A DNA stretch of 64,000 nucleotides, taken from IMG/VR virus record IMGVR_UViG_3300023174_000053, positions 64,001-128,000 of that record; one strand, written 5' to 3'. Below, one piece after another: positions 7,153 through 17,021 of the stretch (position 1 is its first letter; every line of letters starts with the position of its first letter). Origin of the DNA: a virus. Made by a program: the position numbers and the translations under genes. The notes beneath the pieces were generated by a model. That model was not told where the DNA came from. It searched no databases and worked only from the letters and a program-made list of their open reading frames with translations.

Positions 7153-9430
7153 AATCTTCTTCTCCACCTTCTAAAAGTTCTTTAACTAAATCATCAATAC
7201 TTACTTTATCTTCCTTAACTTCATCAGTCTTATTATCATATGTATTTTGATAATATGCCGTCTTATGCCCCAGTTTAAAACAAGTAAGCATATCTTGTGC
7301 CATTACACTAACAGGAACTTCATTATTGGCATAATTCTCTGGATTATACGACCAGTTTCCAGAAATCGCTTGATCGAAGAATTTCTGCATAACTGCAACA
7401 ATATTAATATACCCACGATTGCTAGGCATATCCCAAAGCAACGTATAGTTGTTTTTAAGATGTTGATACTGTGGAACAATCTGTTTGAGAGGTCCTTTTT
7501 TAGATTTCTTAATTGATAAGAATCCACGAGGAGGTTCAATTCCATTAGTTGCATTTGAAACTACAGAACTTGATTCTGATGGCATTTGTGCTGTAAGAGT
7601 GGAGTGTCTCAATCCAAACTCTTTAATTGACTGTCTTAGTACTTCCCAATCGTGCTGAAGAGGAACAGAAGACACTTCATCTACATCTTTCTTGTAAGTA
7701 TCAATAGGAAGAATACCCTGCGAATATTTAGTACGATTGAAATATTCGCAAGCACCCTTTTCTTTAGCAACTTCATTTGATGCTTTGAGAAGAAAATATT
7801 GGAATGATTCAGACAATTGATGAACTGCATCCCAAGCCTCTTGAGTATCATAATTAAACCCAAGTTTAGCAAGATAATGTGCTAAACCAATATAACCAAC
7901 ACCCAAAGACCTACGTGCTTTAGTTCCAATCTCTGCAGCAACTATAGGATAGTTTTGATAATCAATCAATTCTTCCAAACCACGAACAGAAAGATTGCAA
8001 AGATCCTCAAACTCTTCATCTGATTTTACTTTACCGACATTAATAGCAGAAAGAATGCAAAGTGCAATCTCACCATTAGGGTCATCAATATGTTGAAGTG
8101 GGATTGTTGGAAGTGTAATCTCTTGGCAAAGATTACTCATTTCAACCTTATCAGTAAAGGATGAATGAGAATTACAATGGTCGATATTCATAATGTAAAT
8201 ACGACCTGTTTCAGCACGTTCTTTCAGGAGGTCCAAAAAGAGTTCTTGAGCTCCGATAGTCTTTCTAGGAATAGATTCATTTCGTTCTGCATCAACATAA
8301 AGATCGTCAAATCTATCAGTCCCAAAAGCATCATAAAGACCAGGAACTGCGTGTGGAGAGAAAAGTGAGATTTCTTCGTTTTTAATAAATCGTCCATAGA
8401 ACAGTTTAGAGATTTGGATACTGTAATCTAACTTACGAACACGATTATCCTCCGTACCCTTGTTGTTTTTTAAGACTAGAATGTCTTCGATTTCTTGATG
8501 CCAGATAGGAAAGTGGACTGTAGCAGAACCACCTCTGATGCCGTTTTGTGTGCAGCATCGCACAGTTGCCTCAAACTTTTTAAGGAAGGGGACCACACCT
8601 GTGTGCTGTACCTCTCCGCCTCTGATTTTAGAGTTGATGCCACGGATGCGACCTGCGTTGATGCCGATGCCTGCCCTTTGAGCAACATACCTCCCAATAG
8701 CCATATCACTACTGAAGATGCTATCGAGGGTGTCATCAACATCAACAAGAACACAACTTGCAAATTGACGAAGTGGTGTTCTAACTCCTGCCATAATGGG
8801 AGTTGGGATGTTGATTTTGTGTTTTGAGATTGCGTCATAATACCTCTTCACATATGAGAAACGTGTTTCTTTTGGATATCTAGCAAAAATAGTAGCAGCA
8901 ATCATCATATACATGAACTGTGGAGTTTCATATACTTGACCACTACTGCGATCTTGAACCAAATACTTATCAACTACTTGACGAAGACCAGCATAGGTGA
9001 AAAGATAATCTCTACTATGCTTGATATAACTACCAAGTCTATCAAGTTCTTCTTTCGTATAATTGGTCAAAATTTCTGGATCATAAACTCCAACATCTAC
9101 ACAACTATTAATGTGTTCGACAAAATCAGGATGATCTTGAACTCTTCCGTACAAAGATTTTCTTACAGAAAACAGAAGTAGTCTTGCTGCAACAAACTGA
9201 TAATTTGGATTATCCAAATCAATTAAATCAGAAGCAGAACGAATTAAAATCTCCTGAATTTCTGCTGTGGTGATTCCATCATAAAATTGAATACCAGATT
9301 GCATCTCTACCTGTGATGCAGAAACACCAGAGAGGTCTCTACATGCCTCCTCAACCATCAAGTGAAGTTTATTTAGATCAAGAGGTTCATTATCACCACT
9401 TCTCTTAACTACTTTTGTACCGTTGCTCAT
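7133..9430 (-). CDS. nrdA: Ribonucleotide reductase class Ia alpha subunit
   Basis: ATP-cone (VVKRSG), PTPIMAG, SCVL, SNLCQEI, AYYQNT, C-terminal CESC. Confidence 0.98.
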   Translation of the reverse strand: MSNGTKVVKRSGDNEPLDLNKLHLMVEEACRDLSGVSASQVEMQSGIQFYDGITTAEIQEILIRSASDLIDLDNPNYQFVAARLLLFSVRKSLYGRVQDHPDFVEHINSCVDVGVYDPEILTNYTKEELDRLGSYIKHSRDYLFTYAGLRQVVDKYLVQDRSSGQVYETPQFMYMMIAATIFARYPKETRFSYVKRYYDAISKHKINIPTPIMAGVRTPLRQFASCVLVDVDDTLDSIFSSDMAIGRYVAQRAGIGINAGRIRGINSKIRGGEVQHTGVVPFLKKFEATVRCCTQNGIRGGSATVHFPIWHQEIEDILVLKNNKGTEDNRVRKLDYSIQISKLFYGRFIKNEEISLFSPHAVPGLYDAFGTDRFDDLYVDAERNESIPRKTIGAQELFLDLLKERAETGRIYIMNIDHCNSHSSFTDKVEMSNLCQEITLPTIPLQHIDDPNGEIALCILSAINVGKVKSDEEFEDLCNLSVRGLEELIDYQNYPIVAAEIGTKARRSLGVGYIGLAHYLAKLGFNYDTQEAWDAVHQLSESFQYFLLKASNEVAKEKGACEYFNRTKYSQGILPIDTYKKDVDEVSSVPLQHDWEVLRQSIKEFGLRHSTLTAQMPSESSSVVSNATNGIEPPRGFLSIKKSKKGPLKQIVPQYQHLKNNYTLLWDMPSNRGYINIVAVMQKFFDQAISGNWSYNPENYANNEVPVSVMAQDMLTCFKLGHKTAYYQNTYDNKTDEVKEDKVSIDDLVKELLEGGEEDCESCKI

Positions 9431-10428
9431 ACTCGTTTCCATCCAATAAGTTTTGCTTTTGCTTCTAGTCCCATATAAGTATTTTCCTTGATGATTTTTG
9501 GGGCATCAATTCCTGATAGGATCATATCATTAATATCCTTTTCTTTCAAGTCATTTGGCCAAATGACAATTGGAAATCGCATTTGTATTGCTTTTTCCAT
9601 TCTATCAACAATTTGTTTATTCCGTTTTTCATTATCATATACCATTACAAAATCTGTTCCAAAGTTAGAAACAAAAAACATTTTGTCAATGTCTGCACCA
9701 ACCATAGCAATTGAATTATCTAAAAACATACTATCAAATGGTCCTTCAACAACATAAACAGTTTTATCGTAATCTGGTTTATCCAAATTGTAAATTTTTG
9801 GATGTGTATCATTAAGAATAATTGTAATGTATTTTACCTTTGAGTTTTTATTTAAACTACGACCTTGAAATCCAAATATTTCTCCTTTATTGATTAAAGG
9901 AATAATGATTCGTGGTTCGTCCTTTTCTACTTTATCAAATGTGTGTTTTTGAGTATTCGTCCATTCTTTAAACTTCTCACAGAAATACAATTCACGCAGA
10001 TAGTTGTTGGGTATCTTTCTATCTTCTAGGTATTTTCTTGCGGAGTGTTCTTTATTTAGTTCTGCGATAGTAGGTAGGTCAAATGCCTTTTTTGAAAAGT
10101 TTGGTTTCTCAAAATTAAACTCTGGGTTCTTTGTTTGTGATCCTCTTCCTGTTATTCCCTCTTTATATCTCTCCATTACATACTGGTCGTAAAGAACAGT
10201 ATCCATATCTTTTAGAAAGTTTGTAAAAGTTCTAGAAGTCCCACAATTATGACATTTGAAATTGTGATCATTCTTTAATTGGTAAATATACCCTCTTGTT
10301 TTACTCTTTGTCTTTTGACTATCACCACAGTAAGGACACCGAAAGTTATAAAGACCTTCTTTCTTCTTAGCAAACTTATCCAGTCGGGAAGAAACCAACC
10401 CGATATATTTGGAATCAACAAAACTCAT
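9427..10428 (-). CDS. DNA primase (gp61)
   Basis: Zn finger CPYCGD...CHNC; TOPRIM VVEGPFD, YDNE, KDIND. Confidence 0.95.
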   Translation of the reverse strand: MSFVDSKYIGLVSSRLDKFAKKKEGLYNFRCPYCGDSQKTKSKTRGYIYQLKNDHNFKCHNCGTSRTFTNFLKDMDTVLYDQYVMERYKEGITGRGSQTKNPEFNFEKPNFSKKAFDLPTIAELNKEHSARKYLEDRKIPNNYLRELYFCEKFKEWTNTQKHTFDKVEKDEPRIIIPLINKGEIFGFQGRSLNKNSKVKYITIILNDTHPKIYNLDKPDYDKTVYVVEGPFDSMFLDNSIAMVGADIDKMFFVSNFGTDFVMVYDNEKRNKQIVDRMEKAIQMRFPIVIWPNDLKEKDINDMILSGIDAPKIIKENTYMGLEAKAKLIGWKRV

Positions 10429-10440
10429 TACAAAAGAATA

Positions 10441-10833
10441 CTATTTCAGTCTCTCTATTCTACCGTTGTCTTGTGCTGGTGTCAAGATTTTTCCAAAGAA
10501 ATCTGCGTTTCTAACTACAAATGATAAGCAAAATACTATTCCAATACCTATCCAAACTTTCTTTTCTAATCCCTGCAACTTTGCCAATACCGCAGTATGG
10601 TCTTTATCCATTTTATCCTTTATCTGATCAATCTTCGTAAAGATTATATCTTCTATCTTTTCCCCATTATTAATCTTTTCTTCATGAACTACAAGCATTT
10701 TAGTTACATTTGCATTTACTTCACTTATCTTTTCAATCGCACTCTCAATACGTTGCATCAATTGCTCACTTGTATGGATTTTCTCCTCAAGGATTGCAAC
10801 CTTTGTTTCTATTGTTTGAGGGGGACTATACAT
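10441..10833 (-). CDS. Coiled-coil protein with a C-terminal transmembrane helix
   Basis: Heptad-like region followed by VWIGIGIVFCLSFVV. Confidence 0.6.
   Translation of the reverse strand: MYSPPQTIETKVAILEEKIHTSEQLMQRIESAIEKISEVNANVTKMLVVHEEKINNGEKIEDIIFTKIDQIKDKMDKDHTAVLAKLQGLEKKVWIGIGIVFCLSFVVRNADFFGKILTPAQDNGRIERLK
10457..10485 (-). promoter_or_regulatory. Sigma70-type promoter for primase/nrd
   Basis: TTGACA-17 nt-TAGAAT. Confidence 0.7.
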
Positions 10834-10841
10834 TGGATTGA

Positions 10842-11066
10842 TTATGGTTGTGGGTTTCTTCGTTGTAACCAATTTTTGCGGAATCCCGCTCCATATATGT
10901 ATTTATTCTTCTTTCTTACTGGGGGATTATCTGGTGGAAGACCCGCTATATTTATTTGACCTGGTGGGTTTGTAGAGTTTGTATGAGCAGCAGATACAGA
11001 CATTCCATCTTCAACAATATAATGCCTTACAATTGAAATAATTCTGTCTAGGGTAGATTCTTTCAT
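10842..11066 (-). CDS. Small conserved hypothetical protein
   Basis: ORF track; IAGLPPDNPPV motif; abuts the neighbouring gene. Confidence 0.6.
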   Translation of the reverse strand: MKESTLDRIISIVRHYIVEDGMSVSAAHTNSTNPPGQINIAGLPPDNPPVRKKNKYIYGAGFRKNWLQRRNPQP

Positions 11067-11437
11067 TAGATTAAATTAAGTTGTTCTAAACATTCTATAT
11101 CAATTGGAATATTATGAATTTTGGTTTTTGGAACTTCCGGCAATCTTCCAAGATAAACTACAAAAGTTTTTACAATACTCCAAAATTCACCATCTATTTT
11201 ATAAAACAATAAAGGTGTTGCTGCATCACCAAAAACATTATAAAGAATAATAAAATGATTAATCAAAAGGTGAGCGTTTAGCTCACCCGTTGTTTTATGT
11301 CTTTTCAATAATCTTTTTATCCACTTGAATCTTTTTAGGTCCTCATAAAAATCATCTTTGGTTGCAGCCTGTGGATTATCATAATGTTTAATAGCAAACA
11401 TCAAATAATTATCTTCATTCAACTCATCAAATCTCAT
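11066..11437 (-). CDS. Conserved T4-like phage hypothetical protein
   Basis: MRFDELNEDNY.MFAIKHY.NP...F.EDLKRFK.IKRL...LINH.IILYNVF. Confidence 0.75.
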   Translation of the reverse strand: MRFDELNEDNYLMFAIKHYDNPQAATKDDFYEDLKRFKWIKRLLKRHKTTGELNAHLLINHFIILYNVFGDAATPLLFYKIDGEFWSIVKTFVVYLGRLPEVPKTKIHNIPIDIECLEQLNLI

Positions 11438-11445
11438 ATTTTATT

Positions 11446-12474
11446 TTATCTAACAGTTAATGTGGTAGTTCCAAGTCCAACTCCAGAAGTTGTTCCGGCA
11501 CCAGCAACGTTGCGGAGAATAACGTCTCCAAATTGTGAGGTGAATGAACTGATTACTCCAACACCATTTGAACCATCGGTAATTACACCAACAAATCCAC
11601 TTGAAATATCAATAAACAATTTAGTAGCAACAGTTCTTGTGCTGAATGTAACAACAGTTCCAATACCAATCACAGATGAGACTGTAGATGCCGTTCCAAT
11701 TGTAACAAAGGTATCACCAACAGCAACTACTGATCTTGTTGTGATCGCAGTTCCCACAGTAATTGAACTTCCTGCCGAAACTCCAGTCAAACTACCAACA
11801 TAAATTACAGTAGAACCAGCAGCAACTGTGGTATTAATAGTAGTGCTTAAGAATGAAACGTTTGTGGTAAGACCTACACTTGGACTCGTAAACGCAAATG
11901 CTACTCTGTTTGTAATTTGACCGTTGAAACTTGTATATACTCCTGGTGATCCGTGAGTAGCAGCGTATCCCGCCCAAGCATATTGAGTGCCGGTGTTTGA
12001 TGCAGCATATCCAATAATTGATGTCGATTCATTATTATTGTTTGCGTCAAAAGTACGAATTTTAACTGTTGCTCCAGCACCAGCAAAAACAAGTTCATTA
12101 AACACAACGTGAACATAACCAGTAGTATTTGTAGCAATACCAGTAGTTGCTCCACCACCAACAGAAATTGGTGATGCTTGGTTGGGGTCTTCAAAGAACA
12201 CCGCAACTGGACCAGCAGTTCCAATACCAGCAGATTGACTATTAACACCAACATTAGTAGCATTCAATCCAGTAACATCAACCAAGATTTCGTCAAAATA
12301 ACGAGTAGAAATTCCAGAATTCTCTCTAGTCTTGTATCTTCTTTGAACCCAACCACGAACATCTGCAAAAGTATTCCAAGGACTTGTGTTACGATCAGTC
12401 TCAAGTTGGAATTTTGGAATAGCGTATTTGTTTGCCGCAGTTTCCGATGTTGTTGAAATACCCCAAAGTGCCAT
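11446..12474 (-). CDS. Virion structural protein (Thr/Gly/Val-rich, beta-rich)
   Basis: MALWG N-terminus, composition, late promoter upstream. Confidence 0.6.
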   Translation of the reverse strand: MALWGISTTSETAANKYAIPKFQLETDRNTSPWNTFADVRGWVQRRYKTRENSGISTRYFDEILVDVTGLNATNVGVNSQSAGIGTAGPVAVFFEDPNQASPISVGGGATTGIATNTTGYVHVVFNELVFAGAGATVKIRTFDANNNNESTSIIGYAASNTGTQYAWAGYAATHGSPGVYTSFNGQITNRVAFAFTSPSVGLTTNVSFLSTTINTTVAAGSTVIYVGSLTGVSAGSSITVGTAITTRSVVAVGDTFVTIGTASTVSSVIGIGTVVTFSTRTVATKLFIDISSGFVGVITDGSNGVGVISSFTSQFGDVILRNVAGAGTTSGVGLGTTTLTVR

Positions 12475-12511
12475 GTGATTTCTCGTTAATTTTTTTCCTA
12501 AACTTATTTAT

Positions 12512-12536
12512 AAAAACAGGGGAGTATCAAACTCCC
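12512..12536 (-). terminator. Probable intrinsic terminator next to a late promoter
   Basis: GGGGAGT-TTGAT-ACTCCCC-TGTTTTT then TATAAATA. Confidence 0.6.
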
Positions 12537-12562
12537 CAAAAATAATGGTCTTTAGTTATTTA

Positions 12563-14515
12563 TCAACAATTCCACTTTCTTAATGAAAGTGCTTTTCTTG
12601 TTGGTCTTCCTTTTTCATCTTTCATAGGACCAGGCATTCCACCCATACGGGCACAGAATGACTTTCTACGATTTGCTGCTTTACTACCTTTTTTAAGTTT
12701 TGATGGTTCTGTTGTAACCGCAAGTGAAAGATGAGACCCAGGATGCTCCCTACGATAAGAAGCAATACCTTTTTTGTTTAGTCCACCCTCGGGGTTCTTT
12801 CCTTCCTTACGTTGCCAAGCAGCACTTTCCTCTCCAATAATTCCCGAATTCAATTGAAAGTTTTTTTTCTTTTTTGCGTCTATTGCTTTTTTAATAATCA
12901 TCATCGCAAGAACTTTTTTCTTATCATCCTCACATCCACATTCTTCTGTTACATCTTTGTTCTTTTTCTTTTTCTTTTTCTTTGGTTTTTCAACATCGGC
13001 ATTCACTTGTTTCATTAGTTTCAAAACACCAGCAGTTCTATTTATTCTTTCACTTGGAGAAAGAGATGAAAAAGGTTCACGAGAATGCTGACGGAAAGTT
13101 TCATATTCATCATCATATCCTTCCGAAACAGGTTCAGTTTCACCAGACATATAATCAGCAACAGTATCAATATGATCTGCTGCTTTTGAGATTTTAGATT
13201 GAACCCAAGCAGGAAGTTGTTGATTTGGAGATTTTATTTTTTTACGAAGAGTTTTGACTGCTCTTTCCATCGTAGCAAGTTCATTATGAGCCATTCCACC
13301 TTCTTGGTCCTTTTCCTCTTTCATATTTGGATTGAGTTCAACTTTATTTTTACCACGCATTACATCAATAATTTTTTTCCTTTTTGCTTCTTTATCTTCA
13401 ACTTCAGCAACAAATTCTTCCCTTGAAAAAATTTTACCCACATTAGATAATGCCTTAGTATAAGCAGTTGCTGATGAATCATTAGAACTAATTGGTTCTT
13501 CACTACTACTTGAAGAACTTTGAGAGTTTGAACTATTGTCCCCATCACCCAATTTATTCTTAACTGTTTTTTTAATTACATTAGATACTTTAGACCCAAG
13601 ACCAGTTTCCCCAGCAGCTGCTGCTCTTCCTGCCCCAGAGGCAACAGATGCGGCCTCAGCAGCACCACCCGCTTCCAATGCAGCAAGAAGTGCTGGTAGG
13701 AACTCATGTAGATTTTCTATAGAGTTATTTTCTGAGAGTAGTTCTTCTCTCCAATCAAAATATTTTTCTTTGATCGTTGGTGGTTTGGGTGGTTTAGGTG
13801 CCTTGAGTGGTATAGGAGAAGAACGTTTTCCTTCGATTTCTGATGCTTCTTTCTTTGCCTTGTGTCTTGCTATACCATAATGAATTCCTGCTTTCGCAAC
13901 TCCACCAAAAAGAGACCCCACATTTCCAATTGCCTTTGTATAAGCAGTCGCATCACTATCTTTATATGAGATTGATTGTGGTTTACTAATACTAGAAAGA
14001 GCAGCACTCGCAGCTTTTCTTGGACTATCTTTAATGTCTTTTAATTGCTTCTTTTTTCTTTCTTCAGCATTTTTTTGAGCTTGATCTATAACCCACTTGG
14101 AATGTGCTCCTTTTCTTTTAGCTTCTTGTTCTCTTGTGGTTTGATGTCTTTCTCTTACTTTTACGTCTCTTTCTCGTAATTTTAGTTCTTCTGGGCTTAA
14201 TCTATTTCTTTTTTTCTGTTCTTTTGCTGAAACCTCACGAGTCTTTTTGTGTATATCGTAAGTCCTTTCTAATCTACCTGCCCTTTCTGGACCTGTTTCT
14301 TCTCCATCATCATCATATCCTGGAGCAATATATGTTTTATTAGATTGTCTAAATTGATTGGCTTTATTTCTATTTTTTTGATTTGGAGTTTTACCACTTC
14401 CTGGTAATTTTTCAGTTGGTTCATAATATCTTTCATAAACATCACAAAATTCATCCAAAGTATAATCTTTGTTTCTATCTCTTGCTTCAGCAATAATTTC
14501 GTTCCAAGGTCTCAT
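12563..14515 (-). CDS. Modular protein, probable internal head protein
   Basis: CTS-like N-terminus MRPWNEIIAEA; C-terminal AAWQRKEGKNPEGGLN...RRKSFCARM...LRKWNC module; LPAWVQSKI module. Confidence 0.65.
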   Translation of the reverse strand: MRPWNEIIAEARDRNKDYTLDEFCDVYERYYEPTEKLPGSGKTPNQKNRNKANQFRQSNKTYIAPGYDDDGEETGPERAGRLERTYDIHKKTREVSAKEQKKRNRLSPEELKLRERDVKVRERHQTTREQEAKRKGAHSKWVIDQAQKNAEERKKKQLKDIKDSPRKAASAALSSISKPQSISYKDSDATAYTKAIGNVGSLFGGVAKAGIHYGIARHKAKKEASEIEGKRSSPIPLKAPKPPKPPTIKEKYFDWREELLSENNSIENLHEFLPALLAALEAGGAAEAASVASGAGRAAAAGETGLGSKVSNVIKKTVKNKLGDGDNSSNSQSSSSSSEEPISSNDSSATAYTKALSNVGKIFSREEFVAEVEDKEAKRKKIIDVMRGKNKVELNPNMKEEKDQEGGMAHNELATMERAVKTLRKKIKSPNQQLPAWVQSKISKAADHIDTVADYMSGETEPVSEGYDDEYETFRQHSREPFSSLSPSERINRTAGVLKLMKQVNADVEKPKKKKKKKNKDVTEECGCEDDKKKVLAMMIIKKAIDAKKKKNFQLNSGIIGEESAAWQRKEGKNPEGGLNKKGIASYRREHPGSHLSLAVTTEPSKLKKGSKAANRRKSFCARMGGMPGPMKDEKGRPTRKALSLRKWNC

Positions 14516-14551
14516 TTTGCTTAGATACTTCTTTTCTTACTTGTATTTATC

Positions 14552-15610
14552 TTATTCGTAAAGTTCATGAACATCCTTCAACCAACTCTTAAACATCACA
14601 CCTTCTTTCGTTACACAAATTAAATGATTTGCTCCTCTACGAAGAATTCTTCCGACCAATCCACTATTTAAGTTTTCAACTAAAGAACCAACATCAAATA
14701 ATCCATTCTTCTTATAATTCCATCTCATTCCCTCATAATCCAATTCTGGGGCAATCTTCCAAATTTCAGTATCTTCAGTTACTTTCATTGAACGAGAAAC
14801 GGTATTGAACATTTCCTGTTTCTCTGCGGTATCCATATTTGCTGGAAGTCCAGTAGCAAATCTTTCATAATCTCCCATTGCTGCTGCTGTTCTCATCATC
14901 GCAGAAGAACCAGGACTTTCAACATCACTATCAGGGTCTTTCACACCAGATGGGACTACCTCAATATTATTAAACTGATATTGTTGTCCGTCTCCTTTGT
15001 GAACTAAACTTTGGAATTCTCCAAGTCTGTCTTGTCCCGTTACAATCACAACATCAGTATAACCATCATTATATACAGAACCCAAAACATCAAAAATAGT
15101 TTTTGTTTTATCACTATCTACAATATATTCCGCATACTCTGGGAACATAGATTGTAGATAAGAAATCTTTAATCCTGGATTGAGTGGATTTGTTGCTCCA
15201 TCTTCAATACGACTTGGATAAACTCTAAACTCAAATTTTCTTCGAGTTGCTTGTGAATATCCTGCCTTTAATAATGCTCCGTGATTTTTGGATGGAGGAT
15301 TGAATCTGCCAATCACAATCGCAACACCATTAACCTGCTCTGCTTCTGGTTGCTGTTGCTGTGTTGCTTGTCGTTGTGGTGCTGTTTGTTGCTGTTGTGC
15401 TCCTGCCTGTTTCTTTGCTCCTTGTTGCTGTTGAGCACCAGCACCACCTTGACCGAAATACTTTAACTTTCCACCTACAGTTTTTGCTACAAGATTTCCT
15501 TGATTATCATACCAATCACCATGACCATCTCCTTTAAGTCCGCGATTCTTTGCTTCAGTAGACGCAAGTGTTTCTACTGCTTCTTTGATAAATCTAGCAA
15601 AACTTTTCAT
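14552..15610 (-). CDS. Cytidylyltransferase-like (HIGH-superfamily) protein
   Basis: GRFNPP..NH, NPL....K, VTGQDR, SSA.MR.AA; CTS-like N-terminus MKSFARFIKEA. Confidence 0.8.
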   Translation of the reverse strand: MKSFARFIKEAVETLASTEAKNRGLKGDGHGDWYDNQGNLVAKTVGGKLKYFGQGGAGAQQQQGAKKQAGAQQQQTAPQRQATQQQQPEAEQVNGVAIVIGRFNPPSKNHGALLKAGYSQATRRKFEFRVYPSRIEDGATNPLNPGLKISYLQSMFPEYAEYIVDSDKTKTIFDVLGSVYNDGYTDVVIVTGQDRLGEFQSLVHKGDGQQYQFNNIEVVPSGVKDPDSDVESPGSSAMMRTAAAMGDYERFATGLPANMDTAEKQEMFNTVSRSMKVTEDTEIWKIAPELDYEGMRWNYKKNGLFDVGSLVENLNSGLVGRILRRGANHLICVTKEGVMFKSWLKDVHELYE

Positions 15611-15638
15611 TTATATTATATTTTTAGTTATTTATTCA

Positions 15639-16403
15639 CTAGAAACTACTATGAAGTAATTTCAAATCATTAGCATCATCTAATGAAAAATTACTTCTCG
15701 CAACACCATCACTTTTTAATGTTAATGTTGGTCTAAATGTTCCATTACTAGTACTTGATTTCCCCCTAATCACCAAACTAGCAGACGATGGAGCAAATCT
15801 TGGAATATCAATTGGAAGTTTTGAATTCAAACCCATTTTATCACTACCAAGAATATAAAATCCTTCATTTTTTATCTGTATATAATTAATACCCTTACTA
15901 TTATAATAAAATATAATTTTAGAAACAACATCTGGTCCAGATGCTATTGTTGTTTGTGGGAATGGATTTGAACTTCCAGTCTTTTCAGTTAAAAGTTTTT
16001 CGTAATATAAAATCTTAGCAAGATTTTGATTATTAACAATTTCTTGTAATTCAGTCGCAGACAACTTATTTCCTGGTAATCCCCAAGCTTGTTGTATTTT
16101 TCTATCTACATCATATTGCGAATAGAGATAATTATACAAACTAACTATTGATTGTGGTTCTGTTCCATCAAATTTTGCCACCCAAGAAGTTCCATTAAAA
16201 GTTATTGCCTTCTGTCCAAAGTCAGACTGTGTGGTTGTTTTTGCTTCAACCAAAAGTGCCTGCCCTGGATTAGTAGCAGAAGGTATAGTTAGGTCTGGAC
16301 CACTTCCAAATCCAGCATTTTTTGGAATATTTTTAAAAACTGATTTTAATTTATTCCTAAGGGTAATCTCATATTGTTTTCCTGCTAGTGCTGGATTAGA
16401 CAT
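15639..16403 (-). CDS. PD-(D/E)xK restriction-endonuclease-like protein
   Basis: G..YE, GPDL, VEAK, DFGQ motif order. Confidence 0.65.
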   Translation of the reverse strand: MSNPALAGKQYEITLRNKLKSVFKNIPKNAGFGSGPDLTIPSATNPGQALLVEAKTTTQSDFGQKAITFNGTSWVAKFDGTEPQSIVSLYNYLYSQYDVDRKIQQAWGLPGNKLSATELQEIVNNQNLAKILYYEKLLTEKTGSSNPFPQTTIASGPDVVSKIIFYYNSKGINYIQIKNEGFYILGSDKMGLNSKLPIDIPRFAPSSASLVIRGKSSTSNGTFRPTLTLKSDGVARSNFSLDDANDLKLLHSSF

Positions 16404-16450
16404 ACAAAAAATCCCATCTTTCTTATATTTAGAAAGAGGGGATATATTTT

Positions 16451-16606
16451 TTACAAATTTTTTATCTTTTTCTTAACCGATTCTGGTGTTGCTTTTACTC
16501 TATAAACGACATCATCTCTTCGGGAAAGTTCTGTAAGAATCTCAGCAGAAATATCCCAGAGTTCAGATGAGTGTCGGTGATTATAAGGCCAGGTTATTTC
16601 AGTCAT
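16451..16606 (-). CDS. Small hypothetical protein (51 aa, MTEITWPYNHRHSSELWD...)
   Basis: Manual translation; start overlaps the mazG stop. Confidence 0.55.
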   Translation of the reverse strand: MTEITWPYNHRHSSELWDISAEILTELSRRDDVVYRVKATPESVKKKIKNL

Positions 16607-17016
16607 CAGATGTCTCCATCTTCACGATTTTCACTATAGTATGCGTCAAAAAATCCTTCGGGATAACGCTTCATTAGTTTATCAATATTTGTCTGAATAA
16701 CTTCATCAAAAGAAACTTCAAGAGCAATACAAGCCTGGGCAACATACCACAGAGTATCACCAAGTTCCTTGATTAAGTGAGTGCGAGTCTCATCGTTCCA
16801 AGGTTTACCCTGAAATAGCATTTTCTTTACGATTTCCAAAAACTCACCACCTTCGGCATTAATGCCGACACCAGCAGTCAAAAGTCTTTCAATATTAGCA
16901 CCTTTCTCATCAAGTTCTACCATACGGTCAGAAAGAGCAAGAAAATCTTTGGATGCGTCACTCGTAACAGCATCTACAAAGTTTTGATATTTACCAAAAT
17001 CAATTCGTTGAGTCAT
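16606..17016 (-). CDS. mazG: MazG-like nucleotide pyrophosphohydrolase
   Basis: AEGGEFLEIVKK...ELGD.LWY...N.DKL..RYP. Confidence 0.92.
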   Translation of the reverse strand: MTQRIDFGKYQNFVDAVTSDASKDFLALSDRMVELDEKGANIERLLTAGVGINAEGGEFLEIVKKMLFQGKPWNDETRTHLIKELGDTLWYVAQACIALEVSFDEVIQTNIDKLMKRYPEGFFDAYYSENREDGDI

Positions 17017-17021
17017 ATTAG

